DNA from: an uncultured Ignavibacteria bacterium
Lineage (GTDB): Bacteria; Bacteroidota; Ignavibacteria; UBA10030; SZUA-254
Direction of reading: 5' to 3'
Assembly (NCBI GenBank): GCA_963724215.1
Contig: CAVRTZ010000017.1
Location: 22,095 to 86,094 of the forward strand
Length of the DNA stretch: 64,000 nt
A program made the position numbers and the translations under genes. Under the pieces are notes generated by a model. The model worked only from the letters and a program-made list of their open reading frames with translations, was not told the DNA's origin and made no database searches. Shown here in pieces: positions 11,892-22,523 of this stretch (its first letter is position 1; each line of letters opens with the position of its first letter).

Positions 11892-12494
11892 ATGGAAACC
11901 GAAACCCAACCCAACGCCACACCTGCGCCCGAAGGGCGGCCCGCCGTCACGCCGGCTGCGGTAAAGAAACCGAAACAGGACAAGGCTCCCGCCGACGATC
12001 CCGGGATCTGGCGGATCAGCAGGCGCAATTTCTTCTCCGTCGCCGGGTGGGCGTCCTTCTTCGTCTTCATCGCGACCTCGACGATCGCGACCCTCCGGAT
12101 GATGTTTCCCCGGATCCTGTATGAACCGCCCTCGGCGTTCAAGGCGGGATTTCCCTCCGATTACATCGTCGGCGAAGTCAGCGAAAAGTACAAGGACGAT
12201 TACAGGGTCTGGATCGTCCGCGAGGTGGACGGCTTCTATGCCCTCTCGGCGATCTGCACGCACCTCGGATGCACGCCCCGGTGGCTCGCGCCCGAAGTGA
12301 AATTCAAGTGTCCCTGTCACGGGAGCGGATTCAGGCAGTCGGGCGTGAATTTTGAGGGTCCCGCCCCCAGGCCCCTCGAACGGCTCAAGATCTCGCTCGC
12401 CGACGACGGTCAGATCCTGGTCGACCGGAACATCAAATTCCGATTCGAAAACGGCGACTGGTCGAAACCGGATTCCTTCCTCAAGTACACCTGA
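11892..12494 (+). CDS. qcrA: Rieske [2Fe-2S] subunit of Rieske/cytochrome b complex 1
   Basis: Tat motif SRRNFF plus TM helix; CTHLGC and CPCHGS boxes; GPAPRPL. Confidence 0.95.
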   Translation: METETQPNATPAPEGRPAVTPAAVKKPKQDKAPADDPGIWRISRRNFFSVAGWASFFVFIATSTIATLRMMFPRILYEPPSAFKAGFPSDYIVGEVSEKYKDDYRVWIVREVDGFYALSAICTHLGCTPRWLAPEVKFKCPCHGSGFRQSGVNFEGPAPRPLERLKISLADDGQILVDRNIKFRFENGDWSKPDSFLKYT

Positions 12495-12516
12495 CCCCGG
12501 CCACGGAGACGTCTTC

Positions 12517-13296
12517 ATGTTCAAATTGCGAGATAAGCTGCAACAGACCGAAGCTCTGGAAATCGGTTTTCCGGCACAACTACCAGGACACCAACCGGAA
12601 CCGGGCGCTGCAGATCGTCGACAATGTCTTTCTCCACCTCCACCCGGTCCGGATCCCGCGGCACGCCACCAACATCGGCTTCACCTGGGGAATGGGGGGG
12701 ATCACCTTCCTGCTGTTTCTCGTCCTCACGATCACCGGGGTGATCCTGATGTTCTATTACCGGCCGGCCGCGGAGTACGCCTACGACGACATGAAGTACC
12801 TCATGAACGACGTCGCCTTCGGCCCCCTGATCCGGAACATGCACCGGTGGGCGGCCCACGCGATGGTGATCACGGTGATGCTCCACATGTTCCGGGTGTT
12901 CCTCACCGGTTCGTACAAGCCGCCGCGCCAGTTCAACTGGGTGGTCGGCGTCATCCTCCTGATCCTGACCCTGCTGCTGTCGCTTCACCGGTTACCTTCT
13001 CCCCTGGGACCAGCTTGCCATCTGGGCGGTCACCGTCGGGACCAACATGGCCAGGGCCACGCCGCTGCTCGGGCATGAGGGCCCCTTCGGCCCCGAGCTC
13101 GGTATGCGGATCGACAACGACGTCCGGTTCGTCCTGCTCGGCGGGACGCAGGTCGGGCCTCCCACGCTCCTCCGGTTCTACGTCGGTCCATTGCATATTT
13201 CTCCCCCTGGTCGCGGCGGTGTTCATGGTCGTCCATTTCTGGAGGATCAGGAAAGACGGCGGCATTTCGGGTCCGACCGCCAAGCCAAAGGAATAA
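12517..13296 (+). CDS. qcrB: Cytochrome b6-like (split, N-terminal) subunit (frameshifts about 12555, 12985, 13185)
   Basis: [94 protein letters not shown] pieced together across frames. Confidence 0.92.
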   Translation: MFKLRDKLQQTEALEIGFPAQLPGHQPEPGAADRRQCLSPPPPGPDPAARHQHRLHLGNGGDHLPAVSRPHDHRGDPDVLLPAGRGVRLRRHEVPHERRRLRPPDPEHAPVGGPRDGDHGDAPHVPGVPHRFVQAAAPVQLGGRRHPPDPDPAAVASPVTFSPGTSLPSGRSPSGPTWPGPRRCSGMRAPSAPSSVCGSTTTSGSSCSAGRRSGLPRSSGSTSVHCIFLPLVAAVFMVVHFWRIRKDGGISGPTAKPKE

Positions 13297-13323
13297 TCCC
13301 TCACTCTCCGGCGAGCGTCAACC

Positions 13324-14208
13324 ATGCACAATATCTGGCTCCTGGTCTCCAAACCCGACAACATTCCGATCGTCGGGCTGCTGCTCCTGGTGATCCTCTA
13401 TACCTGGTGGGGGTTCAGGCGCGCCCTGAAGAACGATTCCCAGGAGATCTCCGACGAAGCGAAGCTGAGCGAGAAAATCCAGGTCTGGCCATACCTGGTC
13501 CGGGTCGAGTTCCTCGCGACACTGTTCGTCATGGTCATTCTGGTGTTCTGGTCGTTTCTCCTCGACGCCCCCCTCGAGGAACCGGCCAACCCCACGCTGA
13601 CGCCCAACCCGTCGAAGGCCCCCTGGTATTTCCTGGGCCTGCAGGAGATGCTCGTCTATTTCGATCCGTGGATCGCCGGCGTGGTGCTCCCCACCCTGAT
13701 CATCGTCGGCCTGATGGCGATCCCGTACATCGACGTCAACGAGAAGGGGAACGGGTACTATACCTACCGTGAAAGGAAATACGCGCTCTGGATCTACTGT
13801 TTCGGTTTCATCGTCCTCTGGGTGTCGCTGATCGTTCTCGGCACCTTCTGGAGGGGGCCGGGATGGTATTTCTTCTTCCCGTGGGAGACCTGGGACACGC
13901 ACCGGGTGATCGCGCTGACGAACCTCGACCTCTCGGAGCTGTTCGGCATCGCGACGAAAAATCCCGACACCAGTCTCAATCCCGCCGCCTTCATCTTCGG
14001 GGCCGTCGTCGTCACGGGGTACTTCCTCCTCGCGCCGGCCTGCTGGGTCTGGAAAAAAAACACCGATCTCCTCAAGAAACTCGGGCCGGTGAGATACGGC
14101 ATCATGGCGTTTCTCTTCCTCTCGATGATGTCGCTCCCCATCAAGATGGTGCTCCGGATCGCCCTGAACGTGAAGTACGTCTGGGTCACACCCTGGTTTA
14201 ACATATAA
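13324..14208 (+). CDS. Cytochrome b subunit IV-like membrane protein (extended PetD-type)
   Basis: [47 protein letters not shown]; several TM helices; follows the b6-like gene. Confidence 0.88.
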   Translation: MHNIWLLVSKPDNIPIVGLLLLVILYTWWGFRRALKNDSQEISDEAKLSEKIQVWPYLVRVEFLATLFVMVILVFWSFLLDAPLEEPANPTLTPNPSKAPWYFLGLQEMLVYFDPWIAGVVLPTLIIVGLMAIPYIDVNEKGNGYYTYRERKYALWIYCFGFIVLWVSLIVLGTFWRGPGWYFFFPWETWDTHRVIALTNLDLSELFGIATKNPDTSLNPAAFIFGAVVVTGYFLLAPACWVWKKNTDLLKKLGPVRYGIMAFLFLSMMSLPIKMVLRIALNVKYVWVTPWFNI

Positions 14209-14229
14209 ACTCGCGAACCGCCCACGCCT

Positions 14230-16810
14230 ATGCCGGGAATATTCGATGGTCTGAACAAGCGCTCCGACACGCCGATCGAAGAGCGGAAGTACGGCGGCAT
14301 CTACCTGCTCCTTTCCGGCCTTCTCTTCGTCGGGACGATGTGGTCGGTGATCGACGAGGTGTCGACGAGGAGGCCCTGGAAGGACACGCAGGCGCGGTAT
14401 CTCGCGCTCTCGGAGGAAGGGTGGAGGAACACGCTGGCGGAGGCACGCGCGGCCGTCGATTCGGCCGCCCTCCTCGACCTGCTCGCGCAGCACGACTCCC
14501 TGCAGTCGTCGATGGAGTCGCAGGACGTCGTGAACGCGAAGGCCGTCGTGGACCGGCTGGACCACGAGCTCCTCGACGCCGCCCGCGACGTGACATTCGC
14601 GAAGAGCAAGGGAGACGAGGCCTACTATTTCTGGAAAAAGTCGGTGCACGACGGGACCGAAGACCAGGCCCTGCGGGAGAAGACCGCCAGGCTCGGCGGA
14701 GAGCTCGCGGCGGCGAAAGCGATCGTCGACAGCCTCACGGGGGCCAGGTCGACGGCAGCCGCCGTCATCGACGGGATCATGACCAGGCAGAAGGAGGTCA
14801 ACAGGAAAATTTCGGAGCTCCTGATGCCCGTGCAGGAAGCGGAGAGGAAACTCGACATCGCCTCCAACTCCACGATCCGCATCCGCCAGGTGATGATGAA
14901 CGGTTATGACCGGTCGAATTTCGGGACGCCGAAGGCGAGGATCGACCGTTGCCAGACCTGCCATTCCGGGTGGAAGGACGAGATGATGGCGGACGCGGCC
15001 CAGCCGTTCACAAAACATTCCGTCCCCGAGCTTCTGAAGATCCACGATCCCGAAGTCTTCGGCTGCACGCCCTGCCACCGCGGCCAGGGAGCGGCGTTGA
15101 CGGCCGGTCTCGCCCACGGCAAGGACGATCACTACTGGGAATGGCCGCTGCTCCCGGGCAAGGAAGTCTACGCGTCGTGCAACGGGTGCCACGAGAATGA
15201 ACTCTACCTGAAACACGGAGGTGAGTTCAACAGGGGAAAACAGGTTCTCCTCGAATCGGGGTGTTACGGCTGCCACGAGATCAAGGGGTTCACGGACCTG
15301 CCGAAAATCGGGCCGGAGCTCGGACGCCTCGAAGAGAAAGCTCGAACCGGAGTGGCTCTATCGCTGGGTGAAGAACCCGAAGGAGTATAATGCGCACACC
15401 CGCATGCCCAATTTCCGGTTCGACGAACAGCAGGCGGGGGCCATCACGACCTTCCTGATGAGCGTGGGCAGCACCGGCGCAGCGCGGCCGACCGGCCGTT
15501 CCACGACCGGAGGGAACGCGGCGAGGGGCAGGGACCTCGTCGAAACGGTGGGGTGCAAGGGATGCCACGTCGTCGGTGACGACGAACGGATGAGGAAGGA
15601 AAGGGGTTTCAGTTTCGACATCGCCCCCGAGCTCACACGCGCGGGGAGCAAACTCGACCCTGAATGGCTCTACGCCTGGTTGAAGAACCCGAGGGCGTAC
15701 CGGCCGAAAACCCAGATGCCGAACCTCCGCCTCACGGACCAGGAGGCGAGAGACATCGTGGCCTACCTCATGACGATGAGGGACGAGCGCACGTTCGAAC
15801 CGGTGAAAATCGATCTCGCATCGGAGGAGGCGAGGAAGACCGGGTTCAACCTGGTCCGGGAATACGGCTGCGCCGGGTGCCACGTGATACCGGGCCTCGA
15901 AAAGGAAAACAAGGTGAGCGTGTCCCTCTCGAACCTTGGGAGGAAACGGATCGACGAGATCGACTTCGGTGATACGAAGGTCCCGCACACCTGGGATGAC
16001 TGGTTCCTCGGGAAGATCCGGGACTCCAGGCAGTTCGCCACCGACAGGATTGTCTCGAAGATGCCGGTTTTTTCACTCGCCGACAGCGAAATCGTCATGC
16101 TCCGCACGGTGATGAGGGGAATGACGAAGGAGGTTCCGGAGCCGGAATACCGGAGGCCGTTCGACCGTATCCTTCAGAACGTGGAGGCCGGTCGCAGGCT
16201 TACCAAACAATACAATTGCATCAACTGCCACCAGGTCGAGGAGATCGGGGGGTCGATCCGGGCGGTCCTCGAAGGGGAGGGGATGGCCCCGCCGTTCCTG
16301 CTTCCGGAGGGTTCGAAGGTCCAGGAAGATTGGCTCCATGCATTCCTGAAGTCCCCCACGACGATACGTCCCTGGCTGAAGGTGCGGATGCCGACGTTCG
16401 CCCTTTCCGACGCCGAAGTCACGACGATCTCCAATTACTTCCTCGGCCTCCACGATCAGACACTCGGTCTGCGCGACTACCGGGAATACACTCCGGATCC
16501 GAAGTTCGTGGCAGTCGGAAGGAAATTGTTCGAGGACCTTCAGTGTCTCAGCTGTCATTACACCGGGACGATCCCGGAAGGAAAGGAGCCCGCGGACCTG
16601 GCCCCGGATCTCTCGATGGCGAAACTCAGGTTGAAACCGGAATGGGTGGATGAGTGGATCGCCCGGCCTGACTCGATCGCGCCCGGGACGAGGATGCCCA
16701 ACTTCTTCCCTGAACTGGGGGAACCCTCGCCCTATTCGGACGATTTCGGGGGGGATGTCAGGAAGCAGATACAGGCCCTCAGGGAGTATATCTACACCGT
16801 TCACCGCTGA
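14230..16810 (+). CDS. Membrane-anchored octaheme c-type cytochrome (single frameshift about 15338)
   Basis: CxxCH motifs CQTCH, CTPCH, CNGCH, CYGCH (ORF 14230) and CKGCH, CAGCH, CINCH, CLSCH (ORF 15221); removing one A at about 15338 joins GPELGRLEEK to LEPEWLYRWVKNP. Confidence 0.88.
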
Positions 16811-16843
16811 CCGGGGCCCGGCCGGCCGGTGGGCCGCCGGTGG

Positions 16844-18091
16844 TCAGGCGTTTCCGGCGGAGACGAGGACGATTTTTGTGATCTCCGGCGGACAATTGAA
16901 CCTGAACGGCACTCCGACGGTTCCGATCCCGCGGGAAATGTACATCTGCGCATCACCCTCGGTGTAGAGCCCGGCGACGTACGGTGAGACCAGCCGCGCC
17001 GGAGCCAGGACATCCTTCCCCATCCCGCCGAGCACCACCTGCCCGCCGTGGGTATGCCCCGAAAGCGTGAGATCGAACCCCGCGTTTGCGGCCTCCCGGA
17101 AGAAGTACGGGCGGTGACAGAGGAGGATCCTCGGGGCGTCCGAACCGCCCTTCCCGGCCACCATGTTCATGTATCGCTCCGCCGTTTCGTTGTTCCCTGT
17201 GTCGTCCACACCGGCGAGATGGATCGAATCCCCTTTCCTGGTCAGCGTGAGATTCCTGTTTCGCAGTATCGACATCCCGCATTTCTCGATCTCCCGGACG
17301 ACATCTTCGATCTTGCGGGAGAAAAAGTCGTGGTTTCCGAGGACCCCGTACACCCCGTGTTCGGCGGAGAGAATGCTGAAGGCCTCGCGAAATGGGTATG
17401 CCTCCTCGAGCTGGCTGTTGACGAAATCCCCTGTCACAACGATCATATCCGCGCCGAGTGCGTTCACGGCCTCGGCATAGGACCTCATCCGTTCCCCGGA
17501 CATGAAAATCCCGGAGTGGATGTCGCTGATGAAGCCGATCGAAAAATTATGAAAAGACTCGGGCAAACCCTTGATCGGTATGCGAATATCCGTCCTCTCG
17601 AAAGCGTCTTTTTTATACACTTCGTAGGCCGAGCCGAGAGCCAGGCCACCGGTGAGGACCGTCAGTGTCTGCCTGACGGCCTGCCGCCGCCGGATGTCGA
17701 AATTTTGGAATTTCCCGTTCGAGGTGACTGCCTGAACCATCGGACGCGTCCGTTCGAACCTGGACATGATCCAGCCCGCAGTGAGGAAGGGGATTTTGAG
17801 TATTTTCCCGACGAGGATGAGGGCGCAGAGGAATATTGAAATGAAATGCCAGATGTACACCGGGGGCATCACGTTGAGGGTGAACCAACCCGGCGTTCCG
17901 ACCCCGATAGCCCTTAACAACGGGCCGATAACGATCGGGGCGTTGAAAATGATGAATACGGCGGTGACGGGCGCCAGGGCCTTGCGAAATCTCTCATGCT
18001 CCCGGGAAAACAGCCTGAAAGCCCAGAAAAGGTAGGTTTGGATCCCGAGCAGCAGGAGTGACAACAGAATTTGAATGAGATAAAACCTCAT
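16844..18091 (-). CDS. Membrane-anchored metallophosphoesterase (YkuE/YaeI-like)
   Basis: N-terminal TM helices; SDIH, TGDFV, LGNHD, LCHRP, SGHTHGGQ, SRGIG calcineurin-like motifs. Confidence 0.9.
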   Translation of the reverse strand: MRFYLIQILLSLLLLGIQTYLFWAFRLFSREHERFRKALAPVTAVFIIFNAPIVIGPLLRAIGVGTPGWFTLNVMPPVYIWHFISIFLCALILVGKILKIPFLTAGWIMSRFERTRPMVQAVTSNGKFQNFDIRRRQAVRQTLTVLTGGLALGSAYEVYKKDAFERTDIRIPIKGLPESFHNFSIGFISDIHSGIFMSGERMRSYAEAVNALGADMIVVTGDFVNSQLEEAYPFREAFSILSAEHGVYGVLGNHDFFSRKIEDVVREIEKCGMSILRNRNLTLTRKGDSIHLAGVDDTGNNETAERYMNMVAGKGGSDAPRILLCHRPYFFREAANAGFDLTLSGHTHGGQVVLGGMGKDVLAPARLVSPYVAGLYTEGDAQMYISRGIGTVGVPFRFNCPPEITKIVLVSAGNA

Positions 18092-18212
18092 GGATTCCCG
18101 GTTATGTGGAGAATGGTGGTTGTTTCCGATACGGTTAAGAACACAAGATTATCAGAAAAAGTCTCAAACGCAAAAGTCTGAAATCGCCGGAAAGGGGGCG
18201 CTACCGGATAAT

Positions 18213-18241
18213 TTGTAGTTCCGGTATTGATTTCCTATATT
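18213..18241 (+). promoter_or_regulatory. Putative sigma70-type promoter for PASTA-rpe
   Basis: TTGTAG-N17-TATATT in an AT-rich divergent intergenic region. Confidence 0.55.
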
Positions 18242-18292
18242 TTTTTTGTGAAATGAGTCTTAAAACCGAATTACCGCGCAGCCCGGCAGGAA

Positions 18293-19054
18293 ATGGAATC
18301 CAGCCATAAGAGTTTTATCAAGAAAATATTCCTCGGGATAGCGCTGTTTTTCCTGCTTTTCGTCGTCTGCAACGACCTCATCCTGCCCTGGTACGTCGAG
18401 CACGGATCCACGATTGAGGTCCCGGATGTTGTCGGTATGGACCTCGAGGACGCCACCCGGGCGCTCGATTCCCTCGGGCTAGAGGGACGGCAGGGGGACG
18501 TGCGTCCTGACAGGGAACACCCCGAGGGAACAGTGGTGATCCAGAACCCCCTGGCGGGACACGAGGTCAAAAAAGGACGGCGGGTCTACCTCACGGTCAG
18601 CGGGGGCGAAGAATCCGTCAACGTCCCCAGCGTCAGGGGCCGCACGCTGCGTGACGCGACATTTCTTCTCGAACGAACCGGGCTGAGGCTGGGTGAAGTG
18701 TCCCATGCATCCTCCGAAGAGTATCCCGTCAATACGATCATCGAACAGGGGCACGTCCCGGGGGGAAAGGTGAGGAAAGACACCCGGATCAACGTGACCG
18801 TCAGCCTCGGCGCGGTATCCACGAGCGTCGCAGTCCCGGCCCTCGCCGGAAAATCGCTCTCCGAAGCGAAAAAAATCCTCGAACAGGCCGGGATCACTCT
18901 CGGCAATGTCACCTACATCCCCTCGGCGGACCTGCTTCCGAACACCGTGATCGAACAGTACCCCCAGGCGGGGGAGCTCGTGGAAGCGAAACAGGCGATC
19001 GACCTGGTCGTCGTCCAGGGGGCCGCCAAGGACAAGGAACCCTCAGAATATTAA
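18293..19054 (+). CDS. Membrane-anchored protein with three PASTA domains
   Basis: TM helix, then three repeats starting VPDVVG, VPSVRG and VPALAG, each with VIxQxP-like segments. Confidence 0.9.
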   Translation: MESSHKSFIKKIFLGIALFFLLFVVCNDLILPWYVEHGSTIEVPDVVGMDLEDATRALDSLGLEGRQGDVRPDREHPEGTVVIQNPLAGHEVKKGRRVYLTVSGGEESVNVPSVRGRTLRDATFLLERTGLRLGEVSHASSEEYPVNTIIEQGHVPGGKVRKDTRINVTVSLGAVSTSVAVPALAGKSLSEAKKILEQAGITLGNVTYIPSADLLPNTVIEQYPQAGELVEAKQAIDLVVVQGAAKDKEPSEY

Positions 19055-19065
19055 CCCGGACAGCC

Positions 19066-19722
19066 ATGACCCTCATCGCACCGTCCGTCCTCTCAGCCGA
19101 TTTCACGAACCTCGCGCGGCAGGTCCGGGAGCTCGAGAAGGGAGGGGCTGACTGGATCCATCTCGACGTCATGGACGGGCGGTTCGTGCCGAACATCTCC
19201 TTCGGGCCGATGATCGTCAGGGCGGTCCGGTCCCTCACGAAGCTCCCCCTCGACGCGCACCTGATGATCGTGGAGCCCGACCGGTACCTCGAGGCCTTCG
19301 CGAAATCCGGGGCCGACCGGATTACGGTCCACGTGGAAACGTGCCCGCACCTGCATCGTACCATTGAGGCGATCAGGGCGCTCGGAAAGAAGCCGGGCGT
19401 GACGCTCAACCCGGCCACCCCCATCGCCGCGATCGGGGACATCCTGCCGCTGGTGGACCTGGTGCTCGTCATGTCGGTGAACCCGGGGTTCGGCGGCCAG
19501 AAATTCATCCCGGGATCGCTCGCGAGGATCGGGCGGGCGGCGGCAATGATCCGTGAATCGAAGCGTCCGATCCGGCTCCAGGTCGACGGCGGAATCGACG
19601 CGACGAACGCCCGCGACGTCGTGGAAGCGGGGGCCGATGTCCTTGTCGCGGGCAATTCCATCTTTTCACAACGGGACATCCCGTCCGCCGTACGCCGCCT
19701 CAGGAAGGCGGCAGGCTCCTGA
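19066..19722 (+). CDS. rpe: Ribulose-phosphate 3-epimerase
   Basis: IAPSVLSADF, HLDVMDGRFVPN, MSVNPGFGGQKFI, VDGGI. Confidence 0.97.
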   Translation: MTLIAPSVLSADFTNLARQVRELEKGGADWIHLDVMDGRFVPNISFGPMIVRAVRSLTKLPLDAHLMIVEPDRYLEAFAKSGADRITVHVETCPHLHRTIEAIRALGKKPGVTLNPATPIAAIGDILPLVDLVLVMSVNPGFGGQKFIPGSLARIGRAAAMIRESKRPIRLQVDGGIDATNARDVVEAGADVLVAGNSIFSQRDIPSAVRRLRKAAGS

Positions 19723-19819
19723 AACCCGGAATTCCTTCGAGCGACCCCTTGACCCCCCTCCCGCCACGATCGGAACATCCTGTTGTTTCCCGGCATGACG
19801 TTCGTTATTTTCCCCTCGC

Positions 19820-20605
19820 ATGAAATACACGACCATCAGCCTCGACCAGACACGACCGCGTCGTCACGGTCACCCTCTCCCAGCCCGGGAGGAGGAACGC
19901 CCTCGACGACGTGATGATCAGGGAACTCACCGAGGCGTTCCTCGCCATCAACAGGGACGACGCGACGAGAGTCGCCGTCCTCACCGGGGAAGGGAAGGCA
20001 TTCTGTTCGGGCATGGATCTCGGGTATCTCCGGAAGTTCACCGACCTCGGCGAACACGAGAACCTCGAAGACGCGAGGAACCTCCTGACGATGCTCCGCA
20101 CCATCCATACGCTCAGGAAGCCGGTGATCGCCATGGTCAATGGCCCGGCGATGGGGGGAGGGTGCGGCCTCGCCAGCGCCTGCGATTTCGTGTTCGCATC
20201 GGAGGAACACGCCCGGCTCGGCGTGCCGGAGGTGAAGATCGGGTTCGTCCCGGCGGTGATCCTGGTTTTCCTCATCAAGACGAATGGGTGAATCGGCTGC
20301 GCGTGAATTCGTCCTGCAGGGCGGCATCCTCGATGCCGCGGGAGCGGTCCGGAAAGGGCTGGCCACCGAAGCGGTGCCGCACGAAAAGCTGCCGGCGAGG
20401 GTCCTGGAATTCGCAACCGAACTCGCGTTCGACGACGAGCGCCTCGTCGGTGACGCTCACCAAGGACCTCCTGAACAGGCTCTCCGAGATGCCCCTTCCT
20501 GACGTGATGGAATATTCGGCGCATCTGAACGCGCTCGCCCGAAAAACCGACGATTTCAGGCACGGCCTCGAATCGTTCCTCAAGAAGGAAACTCCCAAAT
20601 GGTGA
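19820..20605 (+). CDS. Enoyl-CoA hydratase/isomerase family protein (frameshifted)
   Basis: RRNALD, FCSGMDLGYL, KPVIAMVNGPAMGGGCGL, PEVKIGF; C-terminus GLESFLKKETPKW; split over three frames. Confidence 0.88.
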   Translation: MKYTTISLDQTRPRRHGHPLPAREEERPRRRDDQGTHRGVPRHQQGRRDESRRPHRGREGILFGHGSRVSPEVHRPRRTREPRRREEPPDDAPHHPYAQEAGDRHGQWPGDGGRVRPRQRLRFRVRIGGTRPARRAGGEDRVRPGGDPGFPHQDEWVNRLRVNSSCRAASSMPRERSGKGWPPKRCRTKSCRRGSWNSQPNSRSTTSASSVTLTKDLLNRLSEMPLPDVMEYSAHLNALARKTDDFRHGLESFLKKETPKW

Positions 20606-21144
20606 AGAATCCGGGTGAGGCGTTGCGGGGATTCATCCGCTCCATCCCTGATTTTCCCCGGAAGGGTATTCTCTTCAGGGACATCACGCCGCTCCTCCTC
20701 GACGACAAGGCCTTCAGCGAGGCCATCGAGGTGTTCTATCAGCGGTATCTCGGGATGGGCATCGACAAGGTCGTCAGCATTGAATCGAGGGGCTTCATCT
20801 TCGGCAGCGTCCTTGCTTACCGCCTGGGAACGGGATTCGTCCCGGTCAGAAAACCGAACAAACTGCCCGCCGAAACCATCAGGGAGTCGTATTCGCTCGA
20901 ATATGGTGAGGATACGCTGGAAATGCATAGGGACGCGATTAGGAGTGGTGATTCCGTGCTCATCGTCGATGATCTTCTCGCCACCGGCGGCACCGCTGTC
21001 GCTGCGTCCCGGCTGGTCGAACGGTGCGGTGGAACCGTGAGGGAACTGGGGTTTCTCATCGGGTTGTCGTTCCTCAACGGCCGGGAGAAGCTTCGACCGA
21101 GACCGGTATTTACGGTCATCGATTACCATGATGAACTATCCTGA
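20599..21144 (+). CDS. apt: Adenine phosphoribosyltransferase
   Basis: IPDFPRKGILFRDITPLL, ESRGFIFG, YSLEYG, VDDLLATGGT. Confidence 0.97.
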   Translation: MVKNPGEALRGFIRSIPDFPRKGILFRDITPLLLDDKAFSEAIEVFYQRYLGMGIDKVVSIESRGFIFGSVLAYRLGTGFVPVRKPNKLPAETIRESYSLEYGEDTLEMHRDAIRSGDSVLIVDDLLATGGTAVAASRLVERCGGTVRELGFLIGLSFLNGREKLRPRPVFTVIDYHDELS

Positions 21145-21146
21145 AC

Positions 21147-22523
21147 ATGAAAACGATCATCGAACCCTTTAAAATTAAAACAGTTGAGCCGATCAACTTC
21201 ACGTCGGTTCAACAACGGGAAGAGATCCTTTCCACCGCGGGGTACAATCCCTTTCTCATCAGGGCGGTGGACGTGCTCATCGACCTCCTCACCGACAGCG
21301 GGACCTCCGCGATGAGCGCCAAGCAATGGTCGGGCATCATGGACGGGGATGAATCGTACGCCGGGGCCAGGAGTTTCTACCGATTCGAAGGGGTTGCCAA
21401 GGCCCTCACCGGATTCCGGTACATCATCCCGACGCACCAGGGGAGGGCCGCCGAAAAGATCCTTTTTACGCTCACCGGGGGCAAGGGCAGGTATATTCCG
21501 AATAACACCCATTTCGACACCACCCGCGCGAACATCGAATATTCGGGCGCGACCGCCGTCGACTTTCCCCTCCCGGAGGCCCGGGAGACGTCCGCCATCC
21601 TGGACTTTAAAGGAAACATCGATCTGGTTGCACTGGAAAAATTTATCGTCGACAAGGGGAAGGAAAATATACCCCTGATGATGCTGACGGTCACCAACAA
21701 CGCAGGGGGGGGGCAACCGGTTTCAATGGAGAACATCCGGAAGACCCGGGACCTCTCGAGGAAATATTCCATCCCTCTTTTTCTCGACGCATGCCGTTTC
21801 GCTGAAAACGCCTTCTTTATCAAGAAACGGGAGCCCGGGTATTCCGGAAAAAGCGTCAGGGAGATCGCGCAGGAGATGTTCTCCTTCTTCGATGGATGCA
21901 CGATGAGCGCGAAAAAGGACGCCCTGGTGAACATGGGCGGATTCCTCGGGTTGAACGACGAAACCCTCGCGCAGAACGCCCGGAATATACTGATCGTGAC
22001 CGAGGGTTTTCCCACCTATGGGGGCCTCTCGGGCAGGGACCTGGAGGCAATGGCGCAGGGTCTCGATGAGATACTCGACGAACACTACCTGACGTACCGG
22101 ATACGGTCCGTGGAATACCTGGGCGAAAAACTGGCGGCCGCGGGCGTTCCGATCCTGCAACCCCCCGGGGGACACGCGATCTACATCGACGCGAAGAAAT
22201 TCGCCGACCACCTGAAGCCGGAAGAGTTCCCGGGCCAGGCGATCGTCTGCGAACTCTACCGCCTGGGAGGGATCCGTTCGGTGGAGATCGGGAGCGTCAT
22301 GTTCGGGAAAAAGGACGCGCTCGGGAAATTCGTGGCTTCCCAGATGGAACTGGTCCGGCTCGCCATCCCCCGGCGGGTCTATACCCAAAGCCACATCGAT
22401 TACGTCATCGAGGTCGTCATCGACGCGTACCGCGGGCGTAAAAACCTCCCCGGGTACCGGATGGTCTACGAGGCGCCGATGCTGAGGCACTTTACGGCCA
22501 GGTTCACCCCGATCGGCGCATGA
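21147..22523 (+). CDS. tnaA: Tryptophanase (tryptophan indole-lyase)
   Basis: EPFKIKTVE, DLLTDSGT, THQGRAAE, MSAKKD (PLP lysine); RSVEIGS and LRHFTARF are tryptophanase-type residues. Confidence 0.9.
   Translation: MKTIIEPFKIKTVEPINFTSVQQREEILSTAGYNPFLIRAVDVLIDLLTDSGTSAMSAKQWSGIMDGDESYAGARSFYRFEGVAKALTGFRYIIPTHQGRAAEKILFTLTGGKGRYIPNNTHFDTTRANIEYSGATAVDFPLPEARETSAILDFKGNIDLVALEKFIVDKGKENIPLMMLTVTNNAGGGQPVSMENIRKTRDLSRKYSIPLFLDACRFAENAFFIKKREPGYSGKSVREIAQEMFSFFDGCTMSAKKDALVNMGGFLGLNDETLAQNARNILIVTEGFPTYGGLSGRDLEAMAQGLDEILDEHYLTYRIRSVEYLGEKLAAAGVPILQPPGGHAIYIDAKKFADHLKPEEFPGQAIVCELYRLGGIRSVEIGSVMFGKKDALGKFVASQMELVRLAIPRRVYTQSHIDYVIEVVIDAYRGRKNLPGYRMVYEAPMLRHFTARFTPIGA

Noticed and set aside
10102-15276. 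Long antisense ORFs (e.g. 10102..11769 +, 13318..15276 -)
   Set aside because: Shadow frames of real genes in high-GC DNA, with no motifs.
21147-22523. Tyrosine phenol-lyase
   Set aside because: It has EIG and LRHF (tryptophanase type) rather than ERG and LRFF (TPL type).
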